A DNA stretch of 64,000 nt from Candidatus Norongarragalinales archaeon (GTDB lineage Archaea; Micrarchaeota; Micrarchaeia; Norongarragalinales; Norongarragalinaceae): NCBI GenBank assembly GCA_038884755.1, contig JAWABJ010000002.1, positions 31,157 through 95,156 on the forward strand, written 5' to 3'. Shown here in pieces: positions 46,492-55,859 of the stretch. Position numbers and translations under genes: made by a program. Position 1 is the stretch's first letter, and each line of letters begins with the position of its first letter. The notes beneath the pieces are model-generated. The model saw nothing but the letters and a program-made list of their open reading frames with translations, was not told the DNA's origin and did no database searches.

Positions 46492-47685
46492 ATGGACGAA
46501 GAAGGGCTTTTGAAGGAAAAACTGGGGGACTCGCTAGAACGGCGCATAAGCGAAAAGCAAAAGGCGTTCTCGGGGCTTTTAACGCGAGAAGGGGCGTTGA
46601 AGCTCGTGGCTTTGGACGAAGGGGTTGCGCGACAAACGCCCAGGCAGTCCGCTCTATCAAAGCTTTCACAAGCGCTTAACTTGCAGGAAGGTTCGTTCGC
46701 TTCGGTTGTCGTTCGAATAAAACAAGTCTACTGCGCGAGGGAGTTCGAGCGGGAAGGGCGCAAGGGCAGGGTGTGCAATGCAATCGTCGCGGACGAGACT
46801 GCAGAGGGAAAAATCGTGTTTTGGAACGGGGATGCGGATTTCGCCGAGAGAAAGCTCGAACGAAATGCGTGCGTAAAAGCGGAAGGCTTGGTGGTGAAGA
46901 ACGGCGAATTGCACAGCAACTTGTTTTCATCTTTTTCATTCGAAACCGCGCCGTTGGGCTATCCCGACTTCGCGCGCGAAGCGCAAAAACTTTCCATAGT
47001 AAGCGAGGGCGGAGATTTTTACGCGAGGGTTGCGGCGAAAGGCGTTTTGAGGGAGTTCGAGCGGAACGGAGAAAAGGGCGCGGTATTAAATCTAACGATC
47101 GAAGACGGTTCGGCGCAAAAAACTCTGGTGTGCTGGGGGCGGAACGCCGCAATAGCAAATTTTCTTAAGGAAGGCGACGTGGTGAAAGCGGAGGGCATAA
47201 GCGTGAAGAACGGCGAATTTCACGCTTCGTGGATGACGCACTTGATTCCGCACGCCAAAAAACATAATCTCAAGGAACTAGAGTTCAAGCCCTTCACTTC
47301 GCTTGTGCAAAATGAAACGGCTTTCGTGCGGGCGAGAATCGAAAGGCTTTTCGAAGCGCGTGTTTCGCGCAAGTGCGTTTCGTGCGGGGGAGCGGTCGGA
47401 GAAGGCAGTGAAAAGTGCGATTGCGGCGGGAGCCTACGCTCGATATTCTTCATAACCGCGCAGGCGGCGGACGTGCAAGACGAAACGCAAAAAGCGCGAA
47501 TGGTGTTTTTCGAAGACCAAGCGAAAGAACTCTTAGGATTAAAGCAAACGCTCGTCTCGCCGCAGACTCTTTTCGAGCTCAAGCGCGGGTTCGTGGAAGG
47601 CAAGGCGCTCAAGTTCAAGGTTTTGGTGCGGACGGGTCAAAACGGTGTTGTCGAAATGACTGTAAAGCAAATACGCTCTCTTTGA
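46492..47685 (+). CDS. Replication protein A-like OB-fold protein with zinc finger
   Basis: GLLTREGA N-terminus, repeated REFER..G.V..DET OB folds, CVSC..CDC. Confidence 0.82.
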   Translation: MDEEGLLKEKLGDSLERRISEKQKAFSGLLTREGALKLVALDEGVARQTPRQSALSKLSQALNLQEGSFASVVVRIKQVYCAREFEREGRKGRVCNAIVADETAEGKIVFWNGDADFAERKLERNACVKAEGLVVKNGELHSNLFSSFSFETAPLGYPDFAREAQKLSIVSEGGDFYARVAAKGVLREFERNGEKGAVLNLTIEDGSAQKTLVCWGRNAAIANFLKEGDVVKAEGISVKNGEFHASWMTHLIPHAKKHNLKELEFKPFTSLVQNETAFVRARIERLFEARVSRKCVSCGGAVGEGSEKCDCGGSLRSIFFITAQAADVQDETQKARMVFFEDQAKELLGLKQTLVSPQTLFELKRGFVEGKALKFKVLVRTGQNGVVEMTVKQIRSL

Positions 47686-47743
47686 ACGATTTTTATTGCT
47701 TTTATTCTGTTTTTTCGAAAGGTTTTCGGAAGGTGGTGTGGAA

Positions 47744-48034
47744 ATGGCGCAAGTTCCCCTAGAATCTTTTCAATTGAGGGTGGCTGCTGGAAAAGGGCAG
47801 TACGGCAAGATAGACATCAGCGTGTGGCAGGGAAAGCAAAAGGAAGGAAAAGCGTTGCCTTCTTCAATCTCGATTCGCTTTCAAGACTTGGAACGCGGTG
47901 TGGCGTACTTGAACCCTGAAGATGCGCTCAAGCTTTCGGCGATGCTGGAAAACTACGCCGTGCAAGTGATGCGCTTGGACACCGAACGAAGGCTTTTAGC
48001 GTGGCGCGAAAAACAGGACGTTGAATTCGTTTGA
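47744..48034 (+). CDS. Hypothetical protein downstream of the RPA-like gene
   Basis: GGTGTGG then ATG at 47744; beta-beta-beta-alpha pattern. Confidence 0.6.
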   Translation: MAQVPLESFQLRVAAGKGQYGKIDISVWQGKQKEGKALPSSISIRFQDLERGVAYLNPEDALKLSAMLENYAVQVMRLDTERRLLAWREKQDVEFV

Positions 48035-48112
48035 ATCCAACGCCCCCGCGTTTTCGCCTCGAGGCTTTTTCTTTCCTTGGGGTTGCCTTGAATTGCCTCT
48101 CGAGCTTTTTCT

Positions 48113-49522
48113 TCACACGTTCAAGTACAACTGGAATTCGTACGGGGTAGGACGCAGTTTGGCCTGGTTGTTTTCCTCCCTCTTCAATTCCAGGTATGCT
48201 TCTATCAAGCTCGGTGCGAACGTGGGCTTTAGGAAATCGTTATCCGCTTCGAGCTCGTTCAACGCTTCTTCCAGCGAGCCGGGCAGTTGCCTTATGCCCT
48301 TCTCCCGTTTCCTTTCGGTAGTCAAGTGCCAAATGTTTTCGTCCACGGGGTCGCCGCAGTCCACCTTGTGTTTTATCCCGTCCAGTCCCGCTAACGCCAT
48401 AGCCGCAAACGCGAGGTAAGGGTTGCACGACGGGTCGGGCGGCCGGTATTCCAAGCGTTTTGCGGCCGCGTGCTCGAAGTAAGTGGGAATGCGTATTGCG
48501 GCAGAGCGATTGCGTTTCGAATACGCTATGTTGACGGGCGCTTCAAAACCGGGCACCAATCGTCTGTAGGAGTTGATAGTGGGAGCGACTATGGCGCTTA
48601 AAGCGCGAGCGTGGTGCATCAATCCGCCCAGGTAATAGCGTGCGGTTTGGCTCAATCCTGCGTACTTGTCGCTGGCGTCGAAAAACGCGTTTTCGCTTCC
48701 CTTCCACAAGCTTTGGTGCACGTGCATTCCGCTTCCGTTGTCGCCGTAAATCGGCTTGGGCATGAACGTAGCGATTTTTCCGAATTGCTTGGCCACGTTC
48801 TTGACGACCATTTTGTAAGTCTGCACCTTGTCTGCCATTCGCACCAACGCGTCGTAACGCATGTCGATTTCGCACTGCCCGCCTGTCGCGACCTCGTGGT
48901 GGTGGGCTTCTATCGTAGTTCCGAAATACCCTTGCAGCATTTCGCACGTTTGCTTCCTCAGGTCTTGCAGTGTGTCCGCCGGAGGAACTGGATAATACCC
49001 TTCCTTGAAACCTATCGGGTGGTTTGTGCCAGCCGAACTCCAAGCTGCTTCCTGCGATTCTATGCTCACGCTCTGGTGGCGCTGCATGAAAGACGTATCG
49101 TATTTTACCGAATCGAAAACGAAAAACTCCAGTTCTGGCCCCCAATAGCTCACGAACCCCTGCTTTTCCAGCTCTTTTTCAACAGTCTGCGCGATATGCC
49201 TCGGATCACGTTCGAAGCGCGCGCCGTTAACCTCGTTCACGTCGCATATCAGCCTTGCAGTCTTTCCTTCCCAAGGCAGCAATGCGAAAGTCTGGGGGTC
49301 CGGAAGCAAGAGCATATCGCTCTCGTAAATAGCCTTGAATCCTTTTATTGAAGACCCGTCGAGCTTTCCCACGCCCGCGCTGAAGCTCTTTTCGTCCACT
49401 TCATCGCGGGGAATGGTGATGTGCTGGAATCCGCCCATAACATCCGTGAATTGCAGGTCAATCCACATGGTTCCGTTGCTGCGGATTTTTTCCAAAGCAC
49501 CCATTTGGATCTGGACTTCCAT
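48113..49522 (-). CDS. glnA: Glutamine synthetase type I
   Basis: DGSSIKGF, HHHEVA, ATFMPKP, NGSGMHVHQSL, RLVPGFEAP, NRSAAIRIP, EYRPPD. Confidence 0.97.
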   Translation of the reverse strand: MEVQIQMGALEKIRSNGTMWIDLQFTDVMGGFQHITIPRDEVDEKSFSAGVGKLDGSSIKGFKAIYESDMLLLPDPQTFALLPWEGKTARLICDVNEVNGARFERDPRHIAQTVEKELEKQGFVSYWGPELEFFVFDSVKYDTSFMQRHQSVSIESQEAAWSSAGTNHPIGFKEGYYPVPPADTLQDLRKQTCEMLQGYFGTTIEAHHHEVATGGQCEIDMRYDALVRMADKVQTYKMVVKNVAKQFGKIATFMPKPIYGDNGSGMHVHQSLWKGSENAFFDASDKYAGLSQTARYYLGGLMHHARALSAIVAPTINSYRRLVPGFEAPVNIAYSKRNRSAAIRIPTYFEHAAAKRLEYRPPDPSCNPYLAFAAMALAGLDGIKHKVDCGDPVDENIWHLTTERKREKGIRQLPGSLEEALNELEADNDFLKPTFAPSLIEAYLELKREENNQAKLRPTPYEFQLYLNV

Positions 49523-49662
49523 TTCAACCACCCCACAAAAAGACACGACTTCCACCACCCGCGCCAATATAAGCCTTTCCAGTGTTTTTGCAAACAAACT
49601 TTTCGTTAAAGACTTTGAAACGAAACAAATGTTTTAAAAACAATGTTTTCTTTCTGTTGGTT

Positions 49663-50112
49663 ATGGACAAAAGTTCGGATGGCCTGGACTGGAAAATCGT
49701 TTTCGCGCTTTCGGAAAACTCGCGGCTTTCGTTCCGCGAGCTGGGCAAAAAGCTGGGTGTTTCAACGTCCACCATAGCGCAGCACGTCAAGCGGCTGGAA
49801 TCGCAGAAAATCTTGAGAAGGTATTCGGTTGATTTGGATTGGGAAAAACTGGGCTTCGATTTAACTGCTTTGATAGAAATCACTATCCGCGGCCAGCCTT
49901 TGTTGAAAGTGCAGGCGGCGATAGCGAAAATGCCGCAAGTCGTTTCCGTATGGGACATTACGGGAGAATTTGACTCGATGGCATTAGTGCGCGTTAAGAA
50001 TCGAAGGGAACTTTCAGCGACGGTGAAAAAGATTCTCGACATCGAGGGCGTGGAGCATAGCGACACGCACTTGATTTTGAATACCGTGAAGGAAAATTAC
50101 TTGATTTTGTAG
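49663..50112 (+). CDS. Lrp/AsnC family regulator, divergent from glnA
   Basis: LDWKIV..NSRLSFRELGKKLGVS, ITGEFD. Confidence 0.92.
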   Translation: MDKSSDGLDWKIVFALSENSRLSFRELGKKLGVSTSTIAQHVKRLESQKILRRYSVDLDWEKLGFDLTALIEITIRGQPLLKVQAAIAKMPQVVSVWDITGEFDSMALVRVKNRRELSATVKKILDIEGVEHSDTHLILNTVKENYLIL

Positions 50113-50116
50113 GTTT

Positions 50117-51412
50117 TCACGGATACGCGCGGTTGATGACTCGCGGGAAGGGCACTGCATCACGAATATGCTCCAAATTTAGCAACCATTTTACGAAACG
50201 CTCTATGCCCAGGCCAAAACCGCTGTGAGGCACAGAGCCGTACTTGCGCAAATCGAGATACCACTCGTAATCTTTCAGCGGAAGCTTTTGCTCTTTCATT
50301 CTTTGTACCAATTTGTCGTACTCCCATATTCTTTCAGAACCGCCTATGATTTCCCCGTGCCCTTGAGGTGCAAGCAAATCCGCGTTTTTCACGTGCTCGC
50401 CGTCGCCCGCGAGCTCCATGTAGAACGGCTTTATTTTCGCGGGCCATTCGTAGACAAACAGTGGTTTTTTCAGTTCTTTCGTGAGCAGTTCTTCGTGTTC
50501 CACGCCAAAGTCGTCGCCCCATTCTATTTCGCTCCCCTTTTCCTGGAGTTTTTCAATTGCTTTATCATAACTCAATCGGTGGAACGGGGCTTTCACTTCC
50601 TTCAATTGCTCGGGAGTGCGGTTGAAGTGCTTCAACGCCGGGTTTTTAGCCAGGCGCTGCGCTACGAATTCTATCATTTGCTCCTGCAAAAGCATGTTGT
50701 CTTCGTTGTCGAAAAACGCCGCCTCCTCCTCGAAATGCCAGTATTCGGTCAAGTGTTTTATCGTTCTGGATTTTTCCGCGCGGAAGGAAGGCGCGAGGAT
50801 GTAGATTTTCTCCAACGCGGTAATGAATGCTTCGTTGTACAACTGCCCGCTTTGCGTGAGATATGCCTTCTGTCCGAAGTAGTCGAACTCGAAGAGCGTG
50901 GAGCCGCCTTCACACGCGCTGGTGGTAATAATGGGCGGTGCGACTTCGAAAAACCCGCGTTCGTCGTAAAACGCACGCAGGTCTTTTACGATTTCCGCGC
51001 GGGCTTTCATGACGTTGGTCAAGAGCGTCGAGCGGAGCCACAAGTGGCGCACGTCGAGAAGGAATTCGGTGCTCTGGTCTTTGCTTATGGGAAAGATTTC
51101 CGAAAAGTGGATGACGTGGAAGCTTTTTGCTTGTATTTCAAACCCGCCCGGTGCGCGTTCGTCTTTCTTTACTTCGCCCTTAACAAGCACGACCGACTCT
51201 ATCAACGCTTTTTCCGCATCTTTGAATTCCTTTTCGTTTACCGAGTCTTTTTTTACGGCTATTTGCATAACGCCGCTGGAGTCGCGCAACGAGAAGAAGA
51301 TGATGTTGCCTTGCACTCGCTTGCGGTGTATCCACCCGCGGAGAGTGATGGTTCCTTTAGCCTTTCCGTCCAAGACTTCCGAGATTTTAGAAATCGTTTC
51401 CTTCTCTTTCAC
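50117..51412 (-). CDS. asnS: Asparagine--tRNA ligase
   Basis: OB-fold, RHLWLR, YLTQSGQLY, SFRAEKSRT.KHLTE, WYLDLRKYGSVPHSGFGLGIER. Confidence 0.9.
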   Translation of the reverse strand: MKEKETISKISEVLDGKAKGTITLRGWIHRKRVQGNIIFFSLRDSSGVMQIAVKKDSVNEKEFKDAEKALIESVVLVKGEVKKDERAPGGFEIQAKSFHVIHFSEIFPISKDQSTEFLLDVRHLWLRSTLLTNVMKARAEIVKDLRAFYDERGFFEVAPPIITTSACEGGSTLFEFDYFGQKAYLTQSGQLYNEAFITALEKIYILAPSFRAEKSRTIKHLTEYWHFEEEAAFFDNEDNMLLQEQMIEFVAQRLAKNPALKHFNRTPEQLKEVKAPFHRLSYDKAIEKLQEKGSEIEWGDDFGVEHEELLTKELKKPLFVYEWPAKIKPFYMELAGDGEHVKNADLLAPQGHGEIIGGSERIWEYDKLVQRMKEQKLPLKDYEWYLDLRKYGSVPHSGFGLGIERFVKWLLNLEHIRDAVPFPRVINRAYP

Positions 51413-51479
51413 CGCAAGCACCTTCGTTTAGGAATTACTGGCGCGGTTCGTTTAAAGCGTTTGTCTTAGCATTGCTCCG

Positions 51480-52025
51480 TCACAGTAGCGACGGAGTTGC
51501 AGGTTTTTCGAGCTGTTTCAAGCCGTCCTCCGGCCTGCGCTTTCCCCCTGTCTTCCACACTTCGTACGCAAAGAATGTTTTGCTTGACGTTACGCCCTTG
51601 AGCGTGCGTATTTTCTGGATTGTATTCGAGAAATCCTGCCTGTCTCTCGTGCGGAAGAAAAGAACGCAGTCGACATCGCCGCTCACTGCGTAAACCGCCT
51701 CGGTCTCCGGCATTTTAGACAGCGCGTCGAGCACGCCGTAAAAATGCTCTGCGTCGATTTGGAGCGTTTGGTATGCGTTGAACTCAAACCCTATTTTGGC
51801 GAAGTTGATGTTTGCGGCGTATCCCGTAATCACGCCTTCACCTTCCAGAGTTTTTACCCTGTTCATCGCCGTAACGGGCGAAACCTTGAGTTTTCTTGCC
51901 AATTCCCTCCATGTCTGCTTGCAGTTTGCCCGTAATTCCCGTATTATTTCCAAATCCAGCTCGTCCAGTTCCTTTTTGTTAATTTTCGGTGCATTTTTTC
52001 CATTTTTTTCTTTAATTTTATTCAT
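51480..52025 (-). CDS. Lrp/AsnC family regulator
   Basis: LDELDLEII, RELARKLKVS, VSGDVD. Confidence 0.9.
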   Translation of the reverse strand: MNKIKEKNGKNAPKINKKELDELDLEIIRELRANCKQTWRELARKLKVSPVTAMNRVKTLEGEGVITGYAANINFAKIGFEFNAYQTLQIDAEHFYGVLDALSKMPETEAVYAVSGDVDCVLFFRTRDRQDFSNTIQKIRTLKGVTSSKTFFAYEVWKTGGKRRPEDGLKQLEKPATPSLL

Positions 52026-52135
52026 TTTTTCGACCTAAAATCTTATTTTGTTTAGAAAGAGGGGGGGGAACCTTATTAATTATTGGGTCAATTTCCTTTT
52101 CGGCTTTAAGGCGGGAAAAAGGCGGTTTTTTTCTC

Positions 52136-52381
52136 GTGCAACCCCAAGGAGGAAATTCCGCCGGAATCCCCCCCGAAGCCATCATGCCTCTACTAGGGCG
52201 CTTGATGGAAATGCACGTGTTTCCGAGCGGCTTTCAAAGCACGGAATCCTTGGTTTTGCTGGCCTTGCTCGCAGTAGGAACCCTTTCGGGAAGTGTTGCC
52301 TTAGTTTTTATTGCGCTTGCTTTCGCCATACTGCTTTACAGAAAGCGCGCGCCGCGGCCGGAAGACGAGTTCACCTACTGA
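52136..52381 (+). CDS. Small membrane protein
   Basis: Two hydrophobic segments; 81 aa. Confidence 0.5.
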   Translation: MQPQGGNSAGIPPEAIMPLLGRLMEMHVFPSGFQSTESLVLLALLAVGTLSGSVALVFIALAFAILLYRKRAPRPEDEFTY

Positions 52382-52421
52382 ACGGCAACTTTTTATTGTG
52401 GGATGCGGAAGAAGGCATTTA

Positions 52422-52562
52422 ATGCAAGTAATGTTCTTGGGGTTCAAAAACAACCTGGTGTTTTTGCTGTTCGCCTTGCTAACCTATTCTTTGGTAGCCA
52501 GGGACGGGGGGCTGGCGCTGGTCGCGCTTTTCCTCATGACTGCGTTCGCTTTCGCCAAATAG
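52422..52562 (+). CDS. Small membrane protein
   Basis: MQVMFLGFKNNLVFLLFALL..GGLALVALFLMTAFAFAK. Confidence 0.4.
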   Translation: MQVMFLGFKNNLVFLLFALLTYSLVARDGGLALVALFLMTAFAFAK

Positions 52563-52566
52563 ATTT

Positions 52567-52992
52567 TCACTCGACGTGCAATTCCCTTCCTTTAGCTTTA
52601 GCTGCTTTGGGAATTCGCACTTCCAAAACTCCGTTTTTGAACGTCGCCTTCGCTTTAGCCGCGTCCACCGGGACGGAGAAGGAAATGTATTCGCTGTAGC
52701 CTTTGAATCTGGCGGAGTACGCCCGATAGTGCATTCCCTTGCCTTTCTTTTCCTCTTCGTGCTTGCTTTTCTCTTCTACCTTTATGCTCAGCCCGTTTTC
52801 GTCAACTTTCAGTTTCACGTCTTCCTTCTTTACGCCGGGAAGCTCTGCCGTTATGACTATTTCGTCTTCTGTTTCGAAAGAGTCTATGAATGGACGGGAA
52901 AAGTCTTCCCAAAAGCGTTCCAGGCGCTTGGGCATTGGAATGTCGAAATCTAGCCAAAACCGCATTGGGTCGAAATACCTTTTTACATTCAT
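52567..52992 (-). CDS. Small heat-shock protein (Hsp20)
   Basis: AELPGVKKEDV, AKATFKNGVLEVRIPK. Confidence 0.95.
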   Translation of the reverse strand: MNVKRYFDPMRFWLDFDIPMPKRLERFWEDFSRPFIDSFETEDEIVITAELPGVKKEDVKLKVDENGLSIKVEEKSKHEEEKKGKGMHYRAYSARFKGYSEYISFSVPVDAAKAKATFKNGVLEVRIPKAAKAKGRELHVE

Positions 52993-53122
52993 CTTCTGTT
53001 CACCTCCTTCTTCAAAAAATGCTTTTCTTACTAGCGCGTTGGAAAATAAATTTTTTTCGTTTTCACCAGCCTTTTCCAGCCACCGTAAAAAGGCTTATTT
53101 TGTATGCCTTTCTTTTTTGTTC

Positions 53123-54034
53123 ATGCCTTTGAAGCCCCGCACGCCGCAAGTGCACTTGCTTTTCGACTTGGACGAGACTTTGATTACTGGGCCAGAGCAT
53201 TGGAAGCGTGCGGCAATGGCTGGAGTGCTTACCATGGCGCGCAAGCCAGGCGGGCTTGCAATTCGAAACCCGGATTATATAAGAAAATTCAATTTGTGGG
53301 TTGGCTGGAATGCCGAGGCTTTACGCAAGGAATTGTCTGAGGTGATGAATTCGCCTGTCAACATGCACGAAGCGTTTTTGTTTCATGTTTTGAGGGAAGA
53401 GATTTACCGCAAGAATCCGAACGACCGCAAGCAGTTCAACAAGCTGGTCAAGCTCGTTTCCCCCGGCACTGGCAGGGTTCAGGTGAAGAGCCTTGCTGAG
53501 GATGCGGCGCGGGCATATCGTTACATGCGCGACCGGAACGTCGAAAGTGGAATCCTCTCTGCAATGCCGCAAACTTCGCGGGCTTTCCAGACTGTTTTTG
53601 ATGAAGGACTGAATGTGGCAATACTTTCCAAAGGAGACCAGGACAAGCAAGAATGGAAAACGCAAAACCTGGTTCTGCCGAAAGTACGCCTCGCAAAACC
53701 CCTTCCGGTTTTCACCACCCAACGCAGGTTTTTGTGGTGGCGCCTCGCGCCTGGCCCCAAGACGCCGCGCGCCTTCCGCAATGCCATGAAAAAAATGGGC
53801 GTGAGGAAGGGAGACTTGGTAGTGTCGGTTGGCGACCGGCATTCAGACGACATAATCCCTGCAAAAAAGGCGGGCGTCCACTATTCGGTTTTGGTTCCCG
53901 GTAGGCGCGCTGAGGACAAGGCGTTTTTGAAAAACCCGGAAGGAAGCAAAGCGGACTTCGTGGCTAAGGATTTAAGCGAAGCCATGGAAAAAATAATGGA
54001 GCGGGTTGAGAAATTCAGGAGAGAGGGAAAATGA
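53123..54034 (+). CDS. HAD-superfamily hydrolase
   Basis: FDLDETL, ILSKG, PK, VGDRHSDDI. Confidence 0.85.
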   Translation: MPLKPRTPQVHLLFDLDETLITGPEHWKRAAMAGVLTMARKPGGLAIRNPDYIRKFNLWVGWNAEALRKELSEVMNSPVNMHEAFLFHVLREEIYRKNPNDRKQFNKLVKLVSPGTGRVQVKSLAEDAARAYRYMRDRNVESGILSAMPQTSRAFQTVFDEGLNVAILSKGDQDKQEWKTQNLVLPKVRLAKPLPVFTTQRRFLWWRLAPGPKTPRAFRNAMKKMGVRKGDLVVSVGDRHSDDIIPAKKAGVHYSVLVPGRRAEDKAFLKNPEGSKADFVAKDLSEAMEKIMERVEKFRREGK

Positions 54035-54369
54035 AGCAAGCTATCGTTTTGAATTCGGCGTTGAAAATGGGGAAAGGCAAAGCGGCCGCGCAAAGCGCTC
54101 ACGCTTCGCTGGAAGCGTCGCTCTTGGTTTCCAAAAGCGTTTTGGAAGAATGGCGCAGGGAAGGAATGGAGAAAGTCGTTCTCAAGGTTTCGGACGACAA
54201 AGAGCTTTTGGAGTTGCATGAAAAGGCGAAACGCCGAAAGCTTCCTTGCATTTTGATTCGCGATGCGGGGCGCACGCAGATTCCTGCAGGCAGTATTACC
54301 GCGTTGGCGATAGGCCCTGCCGAAGAGCGCGAGATAGACGAGATTACCGGGCGCTTGAAGCTATTGTGA
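54031..54369 (+). CDS. pth2: Peptidyl-tRNA hydrolase 2
   Basis: KMGKGK.AAQ.AHA, DAGRTQI, AIGP. Confidence 0.95.
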   Translation: MKQAIVLNSALKMGKGKAAAQSAHASLEASLLVSKSVLEEWRREGMEKVVLKVSDDKELLELHEKAKRRKLPCILIRDAGRTQIPAGSITALAIGPAEEREIDEITGRLKLL

Positions 54370-54370
54370 T

Positions 54371-54754
54371 TCAATCCACCAATTGTTCGAGCGTCATTCC
54401 GGTTTCGCTTTCCTTCAGGCTCAGGGAAAAGCCGAGTTCGGTTTCCTTCAGCACGAGCAAGGGGAAAAACCGCCATTCCTTGCGCGGAACTTTCCAAGCG
54501 AGATAAACAGGCATTCCCGTTATTTTCTCCCACTCTTGGTACGCAGTAACCGTGGGTTTGTCGAGGTAAATAGCGTTCTTCCACGCCTTGCATTCAATTC
54601 CGAACTTGTTCTTCTGTCCAGAACGCAACACAATCAAGTCGGGCGCGTCGCCCGCAACCCCACTTCCGGCCGCCCTTACGACGTAAAACCCCTTTTTTTC
54701 CAATAAGCTTTTGAGTTGGCGTTCGAAAAACGAGCCTTTGTCGTAGTGCGTCAT
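54371..54754 (-). CDS. hjc: Holliday junction resolvase
   Basis: KGSFFERQL, VVRAAGSG, PDLI, IECK. Confidence 0.9.
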   Translation of the reverse strand: MTHYDKGSFFERQLKSLLEKKGFYVVRAAGSGVAGDAPDLIVLRSGQKNKFGIECKAWKNAIYLDKPTVTAYQEWEKITGMPVYLAWKVPRKEWRFFPLLVLKETELGFSLSLKESETGMTLEQLVD

Positions 54755-54902
54755 TAATGCATAATTGCGTTCGAGCTAAAAAACCGCCCCATTGGAAAGA
54801 TTGCTTTCTTGTGAAAGCTCGTGCTTGAGCCCTCGCCATTTGCCGACATGTTTTTCGTTGCCCCCTCATGCTTTTAAACAGCAGCGCGGAAATTATTGTG
54901 CA

Positions 54903-55325
54903 ATGGATACAGGCATTAAAGTTGGAGATTGCATGAAGACCGCTTTAGTCACTATCGGCGGGAGTGCTTCGGTTTTCGAGGCAGCCAAGAAAATGGCGGG
55001 CCACAATATCGGAAGCCTGCTCGTCGAGAGTGGCGGGAAGATAACTGGCATAGTCACCGACTCGGATCTGGTGAAAAAATGCCTTGCCGCTGAGAACGTT
55101 AACCAAAAGATTTCGGATATAGCGAGCAAGCACTTGATCGGCATCGCGCCCGAAGCCGACTTGAGCGAAGCCGCGAAACTCATGGGGCAAAAGAAAGTTC
55201 AAAGACTGGCGGTTCAGAAAAGCGGTCGAGTCGTGGGAATAATTTCCCAGTCGGACATAGTGCGGATTTCTCCTTCTTTGTACGACCTGATAGCGCAGAA
55301 GCAGGCTTTGCAAGCCCGCACTTGA
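54903..55325 (+). CDS. CBS-domain pair protein
   Basis: Two CBS repeats (GIVTDSDL, GIISQSDI). Confidence 0.9.
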   Translation: MDTGIKVGDCMKTALVTIGGSASVFEAAKKMAGHNIGSLLVESGGKITGIVTDSDLVKKCLAAENVNQKISDIASKHLIGIAPEADLSEAAKLMGQKKVQRLAVQKSGRVVGIISQSDIVRISPSLYDLIAQKQALQART

Positions 55326-55478
55326 AAAACGCGTTTTGACGCGCTCCGGTATCTTTTGCGAAAAGCGTCCAGCTTAAAGCCCGCCCGCGCTCGGATGGCT
55401 CGCCTACCCGAAAGGGCATGATTGCGCAGTCAACAAAGCGCGGTAGGGCGAGTAAGCGAAAAGCCAGGTGCTGCAACA

Positions 55479-55859
55479 GTGAAGGACAGGATTTTCCAGG
55501 CGGAAAAAATGCTGCGTTCCATGGAAGGAGAGACCTTTCTCGTGGAGGGGAAGCACGACGTCCGCGCGTTGCGGGCGTTGGGAGTGCGCGCGCGGTTGGT
55601 CCAAGCAAACGGCCCGCCCCAGGCGATAGCCGAACGGATTCCGGCGCGCAAGGTTTTCCTGCTGCTGGATTTCGACAGGGAGGGTTTAAGGAAGCAAAGG
55701 TTTTTCAAAACCTTTCTGGAAGAGCAGGGGTTTTCGGTGGACGCAGTTTTCGCGAGAAAACTCAGGAGAGCACTGGGTTTCGCGAGGGTAGAAGAGATAG
55801 AAAGAAAGTATGCTGATTTGAAACAAAAAGGTGAATTGCATGGGAAAAACGTACGTTGA
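55479..55859 (+). CDS. Small stand-alone Toprim-domain protein
   Basis: LVEGKHD.RAL and LLDFDREG. Confidence 0.85.
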   Translation: MKDRIFQAEKMLRSMEGETFLVEGKHDVRALRALGVRARLVQANGPPQAIAERIPARKVFLLLDFDREGLRKQRFFKTFLEEQGFSVDAVFARKLRRALGFARVEEIERKYADLKQKGELHGKNVR

